Shown here one piece after another: positions 27,530-36,791 of a stretch of DNA of 64,000 nt. The stretch comes from a virus, in IMG/VR virus record IMGVR_UViG_3300009159_000035. One strand, 5' to 3'. Position numbers and translations under genes: made by a program. Below the pieces are notes generated by a model that saw only the letters and a program-made list of their open reading frames with translations, was not told the origin of the DNA and did no database searches. Numbering within the stretch: position 1 is the stretch's first letter; the number at the start of each line of letters is the position of its first letter.

Positions 27530-29227
27530 ATGGCAACAAAAATTTTCAAAAAATTGAACGACGCTTCAATTAAAGAAACTTGGACCCCAATTTTAGAAGG
27601 TTATGGTGCAAACGTTACAACTCGCCCTTGGTTAGTTGACTACGCTCACAATCATGCTATCTTCGATAATGCAGGTTCAATCAATGAATCAAACACTGGC
27701 GTAGCTCCAGGTTTATTCTTACAACAACCAGGTTCTATCAGTTCTATTGGTGCAATTAGTTCTCCAACAAGTTCTATGACTCCATTCACAGGTGGTGCTA
27801 AAAACGGTTACGGTGCTTCTGTATCTGGTTCTGGTGATAAATTCCCAAGCCTTTTACCAGTTGCTATCCAAGTAGCTGCTAAAACTATTGGTTTTGACCT
27901 AGTTGGTGTAGTTCCTATGGATTCTCCAGTAGGTTTCTTACCTTACTTGGATTATGTATACCAAGGTGGTAACGTAGACAAGCAATACGAACCATATTTG
28001 ATTAAAATCACAGGTTTGTTAGAAAACCCAGCTGGTGGTGCTAAATTCACAGTAGCAACTCTTCCATTTACTGAAGGTTCTAACTATGGTGTTAACGAAA
28101 GTAACACTGACTTGATTTTACAATTTGTTGGTAAATCACGTGTTGATGGTTCTCCAATCTTCAAAGTTATCCTATCTCATGATGGTGGTACTCTTGCTGA
28201 TTACTTTGCAGTTGACGTTGATATTCAACCAGCTAATGCAACTGACGTTTCAGGTACTGCGGTAGCAACTTACCGTATTGCTGATAACAAAGTTGAATTA
28301 GTTTCTGCTTTAGAAAACCATATTTCTGGTTTTACTTCAGTATCTGACGCTGATTATGCTACATCTGACTTCAATGGTCCTTTTATGGGAACTACTGGAA
28401 CTCAAATGGAAGGTATGGCTCGTCAAACTGCAGAAGGTTCTAAATTCCGTCAAATGGGTCTTCGTATGTTCACTAAGTTCATCGAAGCAAAAGGAGATCA
28501 AGTTTCTATTTCAGCAACTGTTGAACAAATCCAAGATCTTAACCGAGTTTGGAACTTTGACGTAATCTCTATGTTAGAGAACGTAGCAGTTAACGAATTA
28601 GCTCAATCTATTAACAAGAAATTAGTTGATAGAGTTCTTAATTTAGGAGCTACTCACGCAACTGCAGTTAATGCGGTTGAAGGTGCTGGTATTACTACTT
28701 TAGACCTAACTGTTGGAACAATGGGATATGAGAATATTTCAACTCTACAACGTCGTGTTGTAACTAAAATTCTTGAAATGGCTAACTTGATTTATCATAG
28801 AGGTCGTTTTGGTGCAGGTACATACATCGTTACTAACGGTCGTGTTGCTTCTGCTTTAGCAGATGTAGCTGGTTATACTTTCTCTCCATTCAATAACGAT
28901 TTACCATCTACTGCTGGTCAATTATACCCTGCTGGTAAAGTACACGGTTTAACAATTTATGTTGATCCTAACTTGAAATTCACCGATAACCGTATTCATA
29001 TTGGTCGTAAAGGTGCGGATGAAGAACCAGGTGTTAAATTCCTTCCATATATCATGGCAGAGTCTCTTCAAACAATTGCAGAGGGAACTTTCTCTCCAAA
29101 AATTGGTATGAAATCTCGTTATGCTATCACTGAAGCTGGATGGCACCCAGAAACTCAATACATTACTTTGAACGTAACAGGTCTAGGTGTATTGACAGGA
29201 TCTGTAGCACCAGCTGCTTCTTACTAA
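27530..29227 (+). CDS. gp23: Major capsid protein (T4 gp23-like)
   Basis: ETWTPILE, DLVGVVPMDSPVG, TVEQIQDL, GVKFLPYI, TFSPKIGMKSRYA; strongly biased codons. Confidence 0.93.
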   Translation: MATKIFKKLNDASIKETWTPILEGYGANVTTRPWLVDYAHNHAIFDNAGSINESNTGVAPGLFLQQPGSISSIGAISSPTSSMTPFTGGAKNGYGASVSGSGDKFPSLLPVAIQVAAKTIGFDLVGVVPMDSPVGFLPYLDYVYQGGNVDKQYEPYLIKITGLLENPAGGAKFTVATLPFTEGSNYGVNESNTDLILQFVGKSRVDGSPIFKVILSHDGGTLADYFAVDVDIQPANATDVSGTAVATYRIADNKVELVSALENHISGFTSVSDADYATSDFNGPFMGTTGTQMEGMARQTAEGSKFRQMGLRMFTKFIEAKGDQVSISATVEQIQDLNRVWNFDVISMLENVAVNELAQSINKKLVDRVLNLGATHATAVNAVEGAGITTLDLTVGTMGYENISTLQRRVVTKILEMANLIYHRGRFGAGTYIVTNGRVASALADVAGYTFSPFNNDLPSTAGQLYPAGKVHGLTIYVDPNLKFTDNRIHIGRKGADEEPGVKFLPYIMAESLQTIAEGTFSPKIGMKSRYAITEAGWHPETQYITLNVTGLGVLTGSVAPAASY

Positions 29228-29252
29228 TAATAAGATTTAATAAGCTAATCTC

Positions 29253-29281
29253 AAAAAGGCTCCTCACAAGGGAGCCTTTTT
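29253..29281 (+). terminator. Intrinsic terminator after MCP
   Basis: AAAAAGGCTCC-TCACAAG-GGAGCCTTTTT. Confidence 0.85.
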
Positions 29282-29303
29282 CTTTTTTAAGGATGGGTCG
29301 CTA

Positions 29304-29312
29304 ATAAATAAC
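29304..29312 (+). promoter_or_regulatory. Late promoter
   Basis: ATAAATAAC after MCP terminator. Confidence 0.7.
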
Positions 29313-29344
29313 ATTCTAAAGTACTTAAAAAATAATATAAACAA

Positions 29345-29710
29345 ATGAGCAATTCTGTTTTAAACTACTCACAATTTCTTTTAGAAAAGAAAGCAATCAA
29401 CCAAGAAATGGCAATGTTGCCTAAAGGTAAAGGTTCAAAATCTACTAAATCAGTAGGATCTGAAATGTCTGAACTTCCAAAAGGAAAAGGAAAAGGTATT
29501 AGCAAATCAGTAAAACCTGAAATGTCTACTCTTCCTAAAGGAAAAGGTAAAATGATTGGAAAATCAGTAGATACGAAAGTTTCTAAATTACCTACAACTA
29601 AAGGTGCTTCACCTAAAAAATCAGTAGACTCTAAAATGTCTAAATTGATAATTAAAGGTAAAGCTATTAGTAAGAAAGTTGAGCCTAACATGGCTAAAAT
29701 GCCTAAGTAA
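29345..29710 (+). CDS. Lysine-rich repetitive protein, candidate DNA-condensing internal head protein
   Basis: LNYSQFLLEK N-terminus then five ~19-aa repeats (EMSELPKGKGKGISKSVKP). Confidence 0.7.
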   Translation: MSNSVLNYSQFLLEKKAINQEMAMLPKGKGSKSTKSVGSEMSELPKGKGKGISKSVKPEMSTLPKGKGKMIGKSVDTKVSKLPTTKGASPKKSVDSKMSKLIIKGKAISKKVEPNMAKMPK

Positions 29711-29729
29711 TTAAAAAACCCATTCTGAA

Positions 29730-30035
29730 ATGTCAGATCAAAGAAAACACAAGGTCACGTCCTTTCAGTCGTTTGTTATTCAGGAAAATTCAATAAAGGA
29801 TTTAGTTGGAAAAACTGATGACGAGCAATTGGACTTAGATGACGCTCGTAGTATTGGAAAAAAGATTTCCAAAATGAAAGGTGAAGATCGTAAGAAATAT
29901 GTTGGCATTGTTAATTTTATGGGAGCATCTTGTAGAATTTACAATGAGATTTGGGCTAACTATAAACCAGTTGATCCATCAACCAAAAAATCAAACCGTG
30001 GAAAAGAATTCCAAGGTGAAAAAGAAGTAGGTTAA
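29730..30035 (+). CDS. Hypothetical protein with targeting-like peptide
   Basis: VTSFQSFVIQEN. Confidence 0.65.
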   Translation: MSDQRKHKVTSFQSFVIQENSIKDLVGKTDDEQLDLDDARSIGKKISKMKGEDRKKYVGIVNFMGASCRIYNEIWANYKPVDPSTKKSNRGKEFQGEKEVG

Positions 30036-30038
30036 TAA

Positions 30039-31127
30039 TTGAGTGCACAAGGAGTAATAGCTGAATCGGTTGCAAGTTTTAAAATAACTTGGGATAATCC
30101 AGGCAATGGTCAACAACCAAAGTGGGATCAAACTAAACAGTCAATTGAGTTAAATCAAACTGACGTTTATCCTGACTTACAATATGTGTCAGCATTTGCA
30201 GCTCCAATCTATACCAAGTATACATCTGGATCACTTTTAAATGACTTAATAGTTGAGATCAATAAAGTTATTGACTCTAAATTAGCTAGTACCTCTGATA
30301 AAAAAGAGAAAGTTGATGAATTATCTTTGCCGGCAGGTCAACCTGCAGCTAAGCAGCTAGGAGCAGGTCAACCTAATCCTTTTTTAGATGACCCTGACGA
30401 AGAAGAGACAGATACTAAACCTGCACAAGAAAACGAACCTAATAATCAAATAATTCAAGGCAAACCTGAAGATGATTTAGTTAATCCCGAGTCATCTCAA
30501 GCAGCTGAGGTTATAGGTAATAAGCCTACACAAGAAAAAGAACCAGAGGTGACGACAAATGATCAGGACCTGGTTATTAATAATACAACAACTACAACGA
30601 CTACTGCACCACAAAAAGCAGAGTCATCGGCCTATACTGTTACGGTATATGGTGATAAATTAAGATTTTTAGAAGGACAAGAGGGTCGAGGAGCTTATTC
30701 TTCAGGTATTAAGTTTTTATATAAGGTTTCAAATAACCTAACTAAACAAGTAGCTGGAGAACAAATTGATAACAGAACAAAGATTTGGGCAGAAGTTGCT
30801 CTAGCTGGACTATTATCAAAAGTAGTAAGATTTGAATTTGCGGATTTTGATGAAATTGAATTTAAGTTTGGAGGAAATTTACTAGCTCAGGTATTACCTT
30901 CAATTGAATTAAGTTTTACACCAGATCCAAATTCAATTTACTCAAAAGAAAAACCTGAACTTGATATTGCAGATGTTATTAAAGCTACTAATATTACATT
31001 AGGAACTAAAACCACTTCTGAAATTATGTCTTTACAGAAACAAATACAGAAAGAAATCGACTCACGTGAACCTGTTGAAAAACAAAAGCAGCCTGGTAAA
31101 CAAAGTGATTCGGTTGATAATAAATAA
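30039..31127 (+). CDS. Hypothetical virion-associated protein with low-complexity middle region
   Basis: 362 aa, TTG start, in late operon before tail tube. Confidence 0.65.
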   Translation: MSAQGVIAESVASFKITWDNPGNGQQPKWDQTKQSIELNQTDVYPDLQYVSAFAAPIYTKYTSGSLLNDLIVEINKVIDSKLASTSDKKEKVDELSLPAGQPAAKQLGAGQPNPFLDDPDEEETDTKPAQENEPNNQIIQGKPEDDLVNPESSQAAEVIGNKPTQEKEPEVTTNDQDLVINNTTTTTTTAPQKAESSAYTVTVYGDKLRFLEGQEGRGAYSSGIKFLYKVSNNLTKQVAGEQIDNRTKIWAEVALAGLLSKVVRFEFADFDEIEFKFGGNLLAQVLPSIELSFTPDPNSIYSKEKPELDIADVIKATNITLGTKTTSEIMSLQKQIQKEIDSREPVEKQKQPGKQSDSVDNK

Positions 31128-31128
31128 C
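31120..31128 (+). promoter_or_regulatory. Late promoter for tail tube
   Basis: ATAAATAAC. Confidence 0.65.
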
Positions 31129-31147
31129 TAAAAAAATACGAGATAAA

Positions 31148-31735
31148 ATGGCAGGTCTACCACATTTTAAAAATTCAGCAGCAGGTCCAGGTAAATATGA
31201 ACCCCTGTACCTTAATCAATTTGAGGTGATTATTACGGCACCACCATTGGTATCAGGTAAAATAGGTTTCAATAACAACTTAATGCTTGAGCACGTAACT
31301 AAAGTAACAAGTTTACCAGAATATTCAGGATCAGGATCAGGAGTAGTTACTCAAAACTATAAATTCTCTCAAAGAACTTATGCTCCAGCTAAGCCAGCTC
31401 AAACATATCATCAGTTTAATATTGAGTTTGAGGTTAACTTAAATAACAATAATGATATGTATATCTACAATGCTCTTAGAGCATGGGGAGATTTAATATA
31501 TGATCCATTGACTGGTCGTCAAGGTCTAAAGACTGATTATGCAAATGCAAGTATTCAAGTAACAATGTTTAATAGAGCTGGTGTAATTTATAGAGATTTT
31601 GTATTTACCCCAGTATTTCTTGGTCCAACTAAAATGACTGAAACTGTTCTTGACTATACTGCAGATAATTCAATTTATAAGTTAACTGCACAATTTACAG
31701 CAGACAAATATACAGACACTCGAATCGGTCAATAA
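31148..31735 (+). CDS. gp19: Tail tube protein (T4 gp19-like)
   Basis: EPLYLNQFEV...YNALRAWGDLIYDPLTG...DYA...VTMFNRAG...LDY...LTAQF; own late promoter. Confidence 0.8.
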   Translation: MAGLPHFKNSAAGPGKYEPLYLNQFEVIITAPPLVSGKIGFNNNLMLEHVTKVTSLPEYSGSGSGVVTQNYKFSQRTYAPAKPAQTYHQFNIEFEVNLNNNNDMYIYNALRAWGDLIYDPLTGRQGLKTDYANASIQVTMFNRAGVIYRDFVFTPVFLGPTKMTETVLDYTADNSIYKLTAQFTADKYTDTRIGQ

Positions 31736-31753
31736 AATAACAGTTATTATAAA

Positions 31754-32407
31754 ATGGACATGTTTAATGTAAAACGCCGAGATAATCCTTCAATGGATAA
31801 ACATATGGATCTAAAGAAGCCAGGCTTCGGTGGACCAAATTCAAAGGAAGACTTTGATAAATCAAAAAGAAAATCACTTGAAGGATACCAACGAGTAGTT
31901 GACAGAAATGCCGATTTCGAAGGTGGAAATTTCAATCATAATTATGATCCAACGTGGAAAGCAGTAACCCGTGATTTAATTTCAAGAACTGCAAAGAAAA
32001 AACCATTTAATCCAATGTACGCAAAACAAACAATTGCAACAGTTAATGCTGTTGAAGAAGGTACTATCAAACGCTTTGAACAATTCGTTAATGAAAACGA
32101 AGGTTTTAATATGTTCGCTGAAGCCGAAGACGAAACTACTCCAGAAATGGAAGAAACTACTCCAGAAATGGAAGAAGTTGAAGTAGATCAAGAACAAGTA
32201 GAAATGCTAATGGCAGATTTCGGAGATGCTCTTGAAGAAATGATTGATGAAATCGCTGAAAAAATGGAACTTGAAAAAGAAGAAGTTTGCGATATTTTAT
32301 GTGCAGCTATTAAAAAGATGTGCGCTCCTGCTGAAGAAGAGGAAGAAGAAGACAATCAAGACAATCAAGACAACGAAGACCCTTCTACTGAAGAAGACGA
32401 AAATTAA
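31754..32407 (+). CDS. Protein with very acidic C-terminal half, candidate prohead core protein
   Basis: Internal IKRFEQFVNEN peptide then E/D-rich region with duplicated ETTPEME. Confidence 0.65.
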   Translation: MDMFNVKRRDNPSMDKHMDLKKPGFGGPNSKEDFDKSKRKSLEGYQRVVDRNADFEGGNFNHNYDPTWKAVTRDLISRTAKKKPFNPMYAKQTIATVNAVEEGTIKRFEQFVNENEGFNMFAEAEDETTPEMEETTPEMEEVEVDQEQVEMLMADFGDALEEMIDEIAEKMELEKEEVCDILCAAIKKMCAPAEEEEEEDNQDNQDNEDPSTEEDEN

Positions 32408-32417
32408 GCCCAAATCA

Positions 32418-32777
32418 ATGAAATTGATTAAATTATTTGAACAATGGGTTTCCGAAGAAGGATTAGAACCACTAAAACTTGAAGTACCTGAGGTACCAAA
32501 AGAAGCGGTTGAAGATACGTATACTCTTGCGTTATCAACTAATGAATTTGGAGATTTTGAAGTTACTGCAGTTATTGATTCAGAAGTTACAACTGACTCA
32601 ACTGAGGCGTTTAAAGTAATTAGTTCAAATACTTCAAACATTGAAGTCGGAGCAACGATTATGGTTTCATCAACCGTTGATAAAAATGATGATTCTGATA
32701 TTGTTATAATAAATGACCAAAATCGCCCAGAAGATTCATTAATTTATTCAGGGAAAATTCAAATTACTAAATTGTAA
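32418..32777 (+). CDS. Acidic hypothetical protein with targeting-like N-terminus
   Basis: Start moved to ATG 32418: MKLIKLFEQWVSEE. Confidence 0.65.
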   Translation: MKLIKLFEQWVSEEGLEPLKLEVPEVPKEAVEDTYTLALSTNEFGDFEVTAVIDSEVTTDSTEAFKVISSNTSNIEVGATIMVSSTVDKNDDSDIVIINDQNRPEDSLIYSGKIQITKL

Positions 32778-32801
32778 ATTTTAAAAGTATATTAGATTAA
32801 G

Positions 32802-32826
32802 AAAGGGGCTTTATTGCCCCTTTTTT
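32802..32826. terminator. Bidirectional terminator
   Basis: AAAGGGGC-TTTATT-GCCCC-T6 between convergent genes. Confidence 0.75.
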
Positions 32827-33212
32827 ATTGTATCTACCCCAGTTAGGTCCCCAATCTCTAAGTCTGAATCAATTAAGTGTGGAACAAAGTCAATTGTTGA
32901 GTATGCGGTATTTAAGAATTTAACAGTATTGTTAATATTACTTGCACTTAGGCCGGCGTTAACATAAATTATTCGATTGTATTTTCTGTTTCTTACGTTA
33001 ATTGCCTTATCAATTAATTTCTTAATTTCATAATTAATTAAGAATGACTGTATTTTATTAGGAACTAGAATTTCCTGATCAAATTTTTCTTTAATGATTT
33101 TATTTACATTTAGTAAATAATCGCATTTTTGCTTTTTAGTAAAAATTTGAATGAATTGTTTTTGATCCTTTACGAAAATTATTTCGAGAGTACGATCTAC
33201 TGAATCTATCAT
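32811..33212 (-). CDS. Hypothetical protein
   Basis: 133 aa, ATGA-coupled to dCMP deaminase. Confidence 0.65.
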   Translation of the reverse strand: MIDSVDRTLEIIFVKDQKQFIQIFTKKQKCDYLLNVNKIIKEKFDQEILVPNKIQSFLINYEIKKLIDKAINVRNRKYNRIIYVNAGLSASNINNTVKFLNTAYSTIDFVPHLIDSDLEIGDLTGVDTIKKGQ

Positions 33213-33664
33213 ATTAAATCATGGTCGATTTTTTTAACCTCAATTCCAGCACGACGTAAAAAATCTAAGCCGTTTATATCTCGGTATTCTTCAAGATATA
33301 CAACTCGTTTAATACCAGCCTGTAGAATTAATTTACTACAGTCAGTGCATGGGGAATATGTAATATATAAGGTTGCACCATCACTACTTTGAGTAGATTT
33401 AGCGACTTTTGCTAATGCATTGGATTCGGCATGTAAAACATACCATTTAGTTTTATATTCTTTAAAAGAACCATCTTCATTATTGATAGCCTCTTCACAT
33501 TCATTTTCAAAGCCAGAAGGGGTTCCATTAAACCCATCTGATATGATTGTGTTATTTTTTACAATTAATGCACCAACCTTTTTTCTAGTTGCATGAGATA
33601 ACTCTGCCCAAACTTGAGCCATTTTAATGTATGTTATATCTATTTTATGTTGCTTTTGAGACAT
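33209..33664 (-). CDS. cd: dCMP deaminase
   Basis: KVGALIV, GFNGTPSG, HAESNA, SPCTDC. Confidence 0.93.
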   Translation of the reverse strand: MSQKQHKIDITYIKMAQVWAELSHATRKKVGALIVKNNTIISDGFNGTPSGFENECEEAINNEDGSFKEYKTKWYVLHAESNALAKVAKSTQSSDGATLYITYSPCTDCSKLILQAGIKRVVYLEEYRDINGLDFLRRAGIEVKKIDHDLI

Positions 33665-33666
33665 TT

Positions 33667-34551
33667 TTAGTTAGATTGAATAGTTTTATCATATATCCAT
33701 TTAAAAATATCTTCTCCATCTTGGAATAGAATAATATCATTGGACTCTGACGTAATTGAATTAAACAGCGTTTTAAAATCTGCGGTTTGGCTGCCATCTA
33801 TTTCAATTAAGTTTGATACAATTGGCGGTAAGGTTATTGGTGTAAATGGTTCAGCTAGCATTCTTGAAGCAAGGTCATAGTGTCTATCATAGACATGATA
33901 TGAATTTGCAACATGAGTATAGGTTCCCAATTCAAGATCTGGATAAAAAGGTTTTAGATGAGATAGTATTTGCATCTGTAATGAACAAAAGAAGGCTACG
34001 TCAGTTGCTGTACCCCATATTGCATCATTACTTCTCATAAATACACTCATGTATAACTTATTTTGTCTGATATGTAAGTTTGCATACATTGTACAAACAA
34101 AATCTTTATTTGAAGGGTATTGATGTTTTGGTTTATTAAAGTGTAATACGGCTTGTCTAGTATTCTGGTCAGTTGCTAAACTTTGGATTGCCCATTGGTA
34201 TTGGCTAATTGCATGCTCATTCTTTTCAGTAAATATCAAGTTTCCATATGCTGAGTTAACTGTTCCATCAATATTTTGAATTTCTTCCCAAAACTTTGCC
34301 CATTTTGAAATAAAGGCTACGTCACTACGACCTGCATAATACCACAAAAACTCAGCAGCAATATATTTTTGCTGAGAACCCCTAACTGAATTTTCATAAA
34401 GACATTGGGTTGGGTCTTCAATAACTAGCGCAACATTTAATAACTCTTTACTAGTAGTGCCTCGTGCATTATTAACAAGTCCATAAGTTAATAAAAACTT
34501 AATAGAATCACTATATGCATCAGCAAATGTTAAACCTTTAAATATTATCAT
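33667..34551 (-). CDS. Thymidylate-synthase-superfamily enzyme, likely dCMP-specific (T4 gp42-like hydroxymethylase/methylase)
   Basis: VNSAYG, TRQA, KDFVCT, MRSNDAIWGTATD (Asp at specificity site), SYHVYDRH. Confidence 0.75.
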   Translation of the reverse strand: MIIFKGLTFADAYSDSIKFLLTYGLVNNARGTTSKELLNVALVIEDPTQCLYENSVRGSQQKYIAAEFLWYYAGRSDVAFISKWAKFWEEIQNIDGTVNSAYGNLIFTEKNEHAISQYQWAIQSLATDQNTRQAVLHFNKPKHQYPSNKDFVCTMYANLHIRQNKLYMSVFMRSNDAIWGTATDVAFFCSLQMQILSHLKPFYPDLELGTYTHVANSYHVYDRHYDLASRMLAEPFTPITLPPIVSNLIEIDGSQTADFKTLFNSITSESNDIILFQDGEDIFKWIYDKTIQSN

Positions 34552-34593
34552 ATATTTTGTTAATTTTAATCCAACTCACCGTTAGATCTTATT

Positions 34594-34620
34594 AATATAC
34601 TACGAAAATGAAAAAGGGTT
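34594..34620 (-). promoter_or_regulatory. AACC-N17-TATATT promoter for TS-like/dCMP deaminase operon
   Basis: Variant of recurrent motif. Confidence 0.55.
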
Positions 34621-34635
34621 AACGTGGCCTATATA

Positions 34636-36297
34636 TTAAATGATGGTTAGATCTGAGAAGTGATCAGTATTTTCAACTTGGATTTTAGTATCAAAGTATT
34701 CTTCCGGCAATGGGTCATGCGAAATTACAAAGACGGTCATATTATATTTCTTTGAAAAGGTTTTAAGTAGATCAACTACTCTAAATATTGAGTCAACGTC
34801 TAACGATGAAAATACTTCATCTAAGAAAAGAAGATTTACTTTATTATGTTTTAGTTTAATTAGTTCAAGAATACATAATAGCACAATTAAATTCATTTTC
34901 TTTTGCTCTCCAGAAGATAATGAGTCAGGTGAAACTTGCATACCTAAATGGGTAATGATTGGATTAAATTCTAAATCAAACTCAAATGCAAATTTGAATT
35001 CAAGAACCTTGGCTGTTTTTAAAATCTTTTTATTTAATAATGGAATAATTTGACTCATTAGCATACGCTTCATACCATTATCAGATAAGATCATTTCCAT
35101 TTCTTGAGAAACTTTTAATTTTTCAGTTTGACCAACTAAACTAGTACCAGCAGTACTTAGTTCAGTCTCAATATTTTTTATTACTTCAACTAGGTGTTTA
35201 TCTGATGTTTGTTTTCCTTGTTGAGATAACTGTTGAATTTCTCGTTTTACCGTAGAGACTTGAGCATCAATTTTATAGAATTTGTCCTTTGCTCTATTTT
35301 GGTCTGCTTCTATTAATGAAAAACCTGATTCATTACTCTTAATTATTTGTGAAATATTTGGAATAGTGGACTCTTGTGATTCCTTTAGTTTTAATAATTT
35401 GTCCTTTATTTGACTATGGATTTCATCAGTTAAGTCAGATAGACAATGTGGACACTTATTTTTATTGTAAAGATCAAGTTTCTTTTGTATTTCTAAAATA
35501 TTTGCTCTAATTGTAGTTAATTCATCACGTGATGCTCTAACCATTGTTTGTATTTCTGAAAGCTTTGTTGTAAAACTACCCGCTTCAACTCTGGCTGTCT
35601 CTTTTAAATCAACTAATTTTTTTAATTCAAGATTAAGCTCTTCAATTCTAGCTGTATTAGTTGCCTGAATTTCATTTTTTAAATTTTCAAGTTGGTTAAT
35701 TGATGATTCTAATAATCTTTGGTTACTTGCAATTGAAGATTCAAGTGGGGTAATTTCTCCTTTAACTCTTTTAGTATCTTCTTTAGATATTTTAGACATG
35801 TCATTAACTATATCTAGTCCAAAAATTTTATCAATTATTTGGCGCTTATCTGCTGGACTTAATTTAACAAAACTTTTAAAGTCATTTACTGATAAGCTGA
35901 TTGTATTTGAAAATACATTAAATGGTAATTTAGTTAATTCCTCTTCAATAAAATCATCAACTCTTCTTTTATCTGGTAAATTATATTCAGCACCATCAAT
36001 TGAAAGCTTTGAGAAATTTGGCTCAAGACCTCTTTCTATATCAATAAGTCTACCATTGCCGGTTGTAAATTTAATTTGAGTATAGGCATTCTTATTAATT
36101 CGGTTTGGAATTTCTTTAGTTTTACGAATTGCTGACTTTCCATAAATTGCAACAGTTAATGCATCAGAGATTGATGATTTGCCGCTGCCATTTTTACCCT
36201 GAACCAGGATTAATCTAGGATCATCTGTAAATTTAAAAGTCTGTAATTTATTGCCGTATGAGCAGATATTCCTAAAGGAAAATTCGTGTATCTTCAT
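34636..36297 (-). CDS. gp46: Recombination endonuclease ATPase subunit (gp46/Rad50/SbcC)
   Basis: GKNGSGKS, CPHC hook, LSSGEQKK, LFLDEVFSSLD, VISH. Confidence 0.93.
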   Translation of the reverse strand: MKIHEFSFRNICSYGNKLQTFKFTDDPRLILVQGKNGSGKSSISDALTVAIYGKSAIRKTKEIPNRINKNAYTQIKFTTGNGRLIDIERGLEPNFSKLSIDGAEYNLPDKRRVDDFIEEELTKLPFNVFSNTISLSVNDFKSFVKLSPADKRQIIDKIFGLDIVNDMSKISKEDTKRVKGEITPLESSIASNQRLLESSINQLENLKNEIQATNTARIEELNLELKKLVDLKETARVEAGSFTTKLSEIQTMVRASRDELTTIRANILEIQKKLDLYNKNKCPHCLSDLTDEIHSQIKDKLLKLKESQESTIPNISQIIKSNESGFSLIEADQNRAKDKFYKIDAQVSTVKREIQQLSQQGKQTSDKHLVEVIKNIETELSTAGTSLVGQTEKLKVSQEMEMILSDNGMKRMLMSQIIPLLNKKILKTAKVLEFKFAFEFDLEFNPIITHLGMQVSPDSLSSGEQKKMNLIVLLCILELIKLKHNKVNLLFLDEVFSSLDVDSIFRVVDLLKTFSKKYNMTVFVISHDPLPEEYFDTKIQVENTDHFSDLTII

Positions 36298-36791
36298 TAA
36301 TTTAAAAAATAAGTAAGTTCTTGATCTGGATCAATATCTTGTACTGTATAGAATTTATATAGTTTTTTATCAAAATCATAGTCCCAATTAATATTAGGTG
36401 AAACTGACCTTCTATAAATTGAACCAAAGCCTAATAGAATTGCATGAGAATTTATGTGCAACATTTTATTTGGATTAATTACATCGTATACAATTGCTTT
36501 AAATTGGTCAGTTGTAATAAGCCCGCGATCTAATCTTTCCTGTAAATTAAGTTCTGCAAGTTTTTCGCCAATCTCGCGTTCTTTATTAAGACCGTCTGCG
36601 TTGACAAATAGCCGGTTATTTAATTCTTGATCATGCCTATTAAGTAAAATTTGAGTTTTTTGGCTTATTGGAATCCATGCACAAAATTCAATTGTTGAAT
36701 TTCTATAAATTTGGGTATTACTAAATACCCCAAATTCTTTAGAATTTACAGGTTTTACATATAAACTAGATAGGATATTTGGATTACTCAT
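36297..36791 (-). CDS. SET-domain protein, degenerate
   Basis: FGVFSNTQI, LGFGSIYRRSVSPN (usually NHS..PN), DIDPDQELTYF. Confidence 0.65.
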   Translation of the reverse strand: MSNPNILSSLYVKPVNSKEFGVFSNTQIYRNSTIEFCAWIPISQKTQILLNRHDQELNNRLFVNADGLNKEREIGEKLAELNLQERLDRGLITTDQFKAIVYDVINPNKMLHINSHAILLGFGSIYRRSVSPNINWDYDFDKKLYKFYTVQDIDPDQELTYFLN

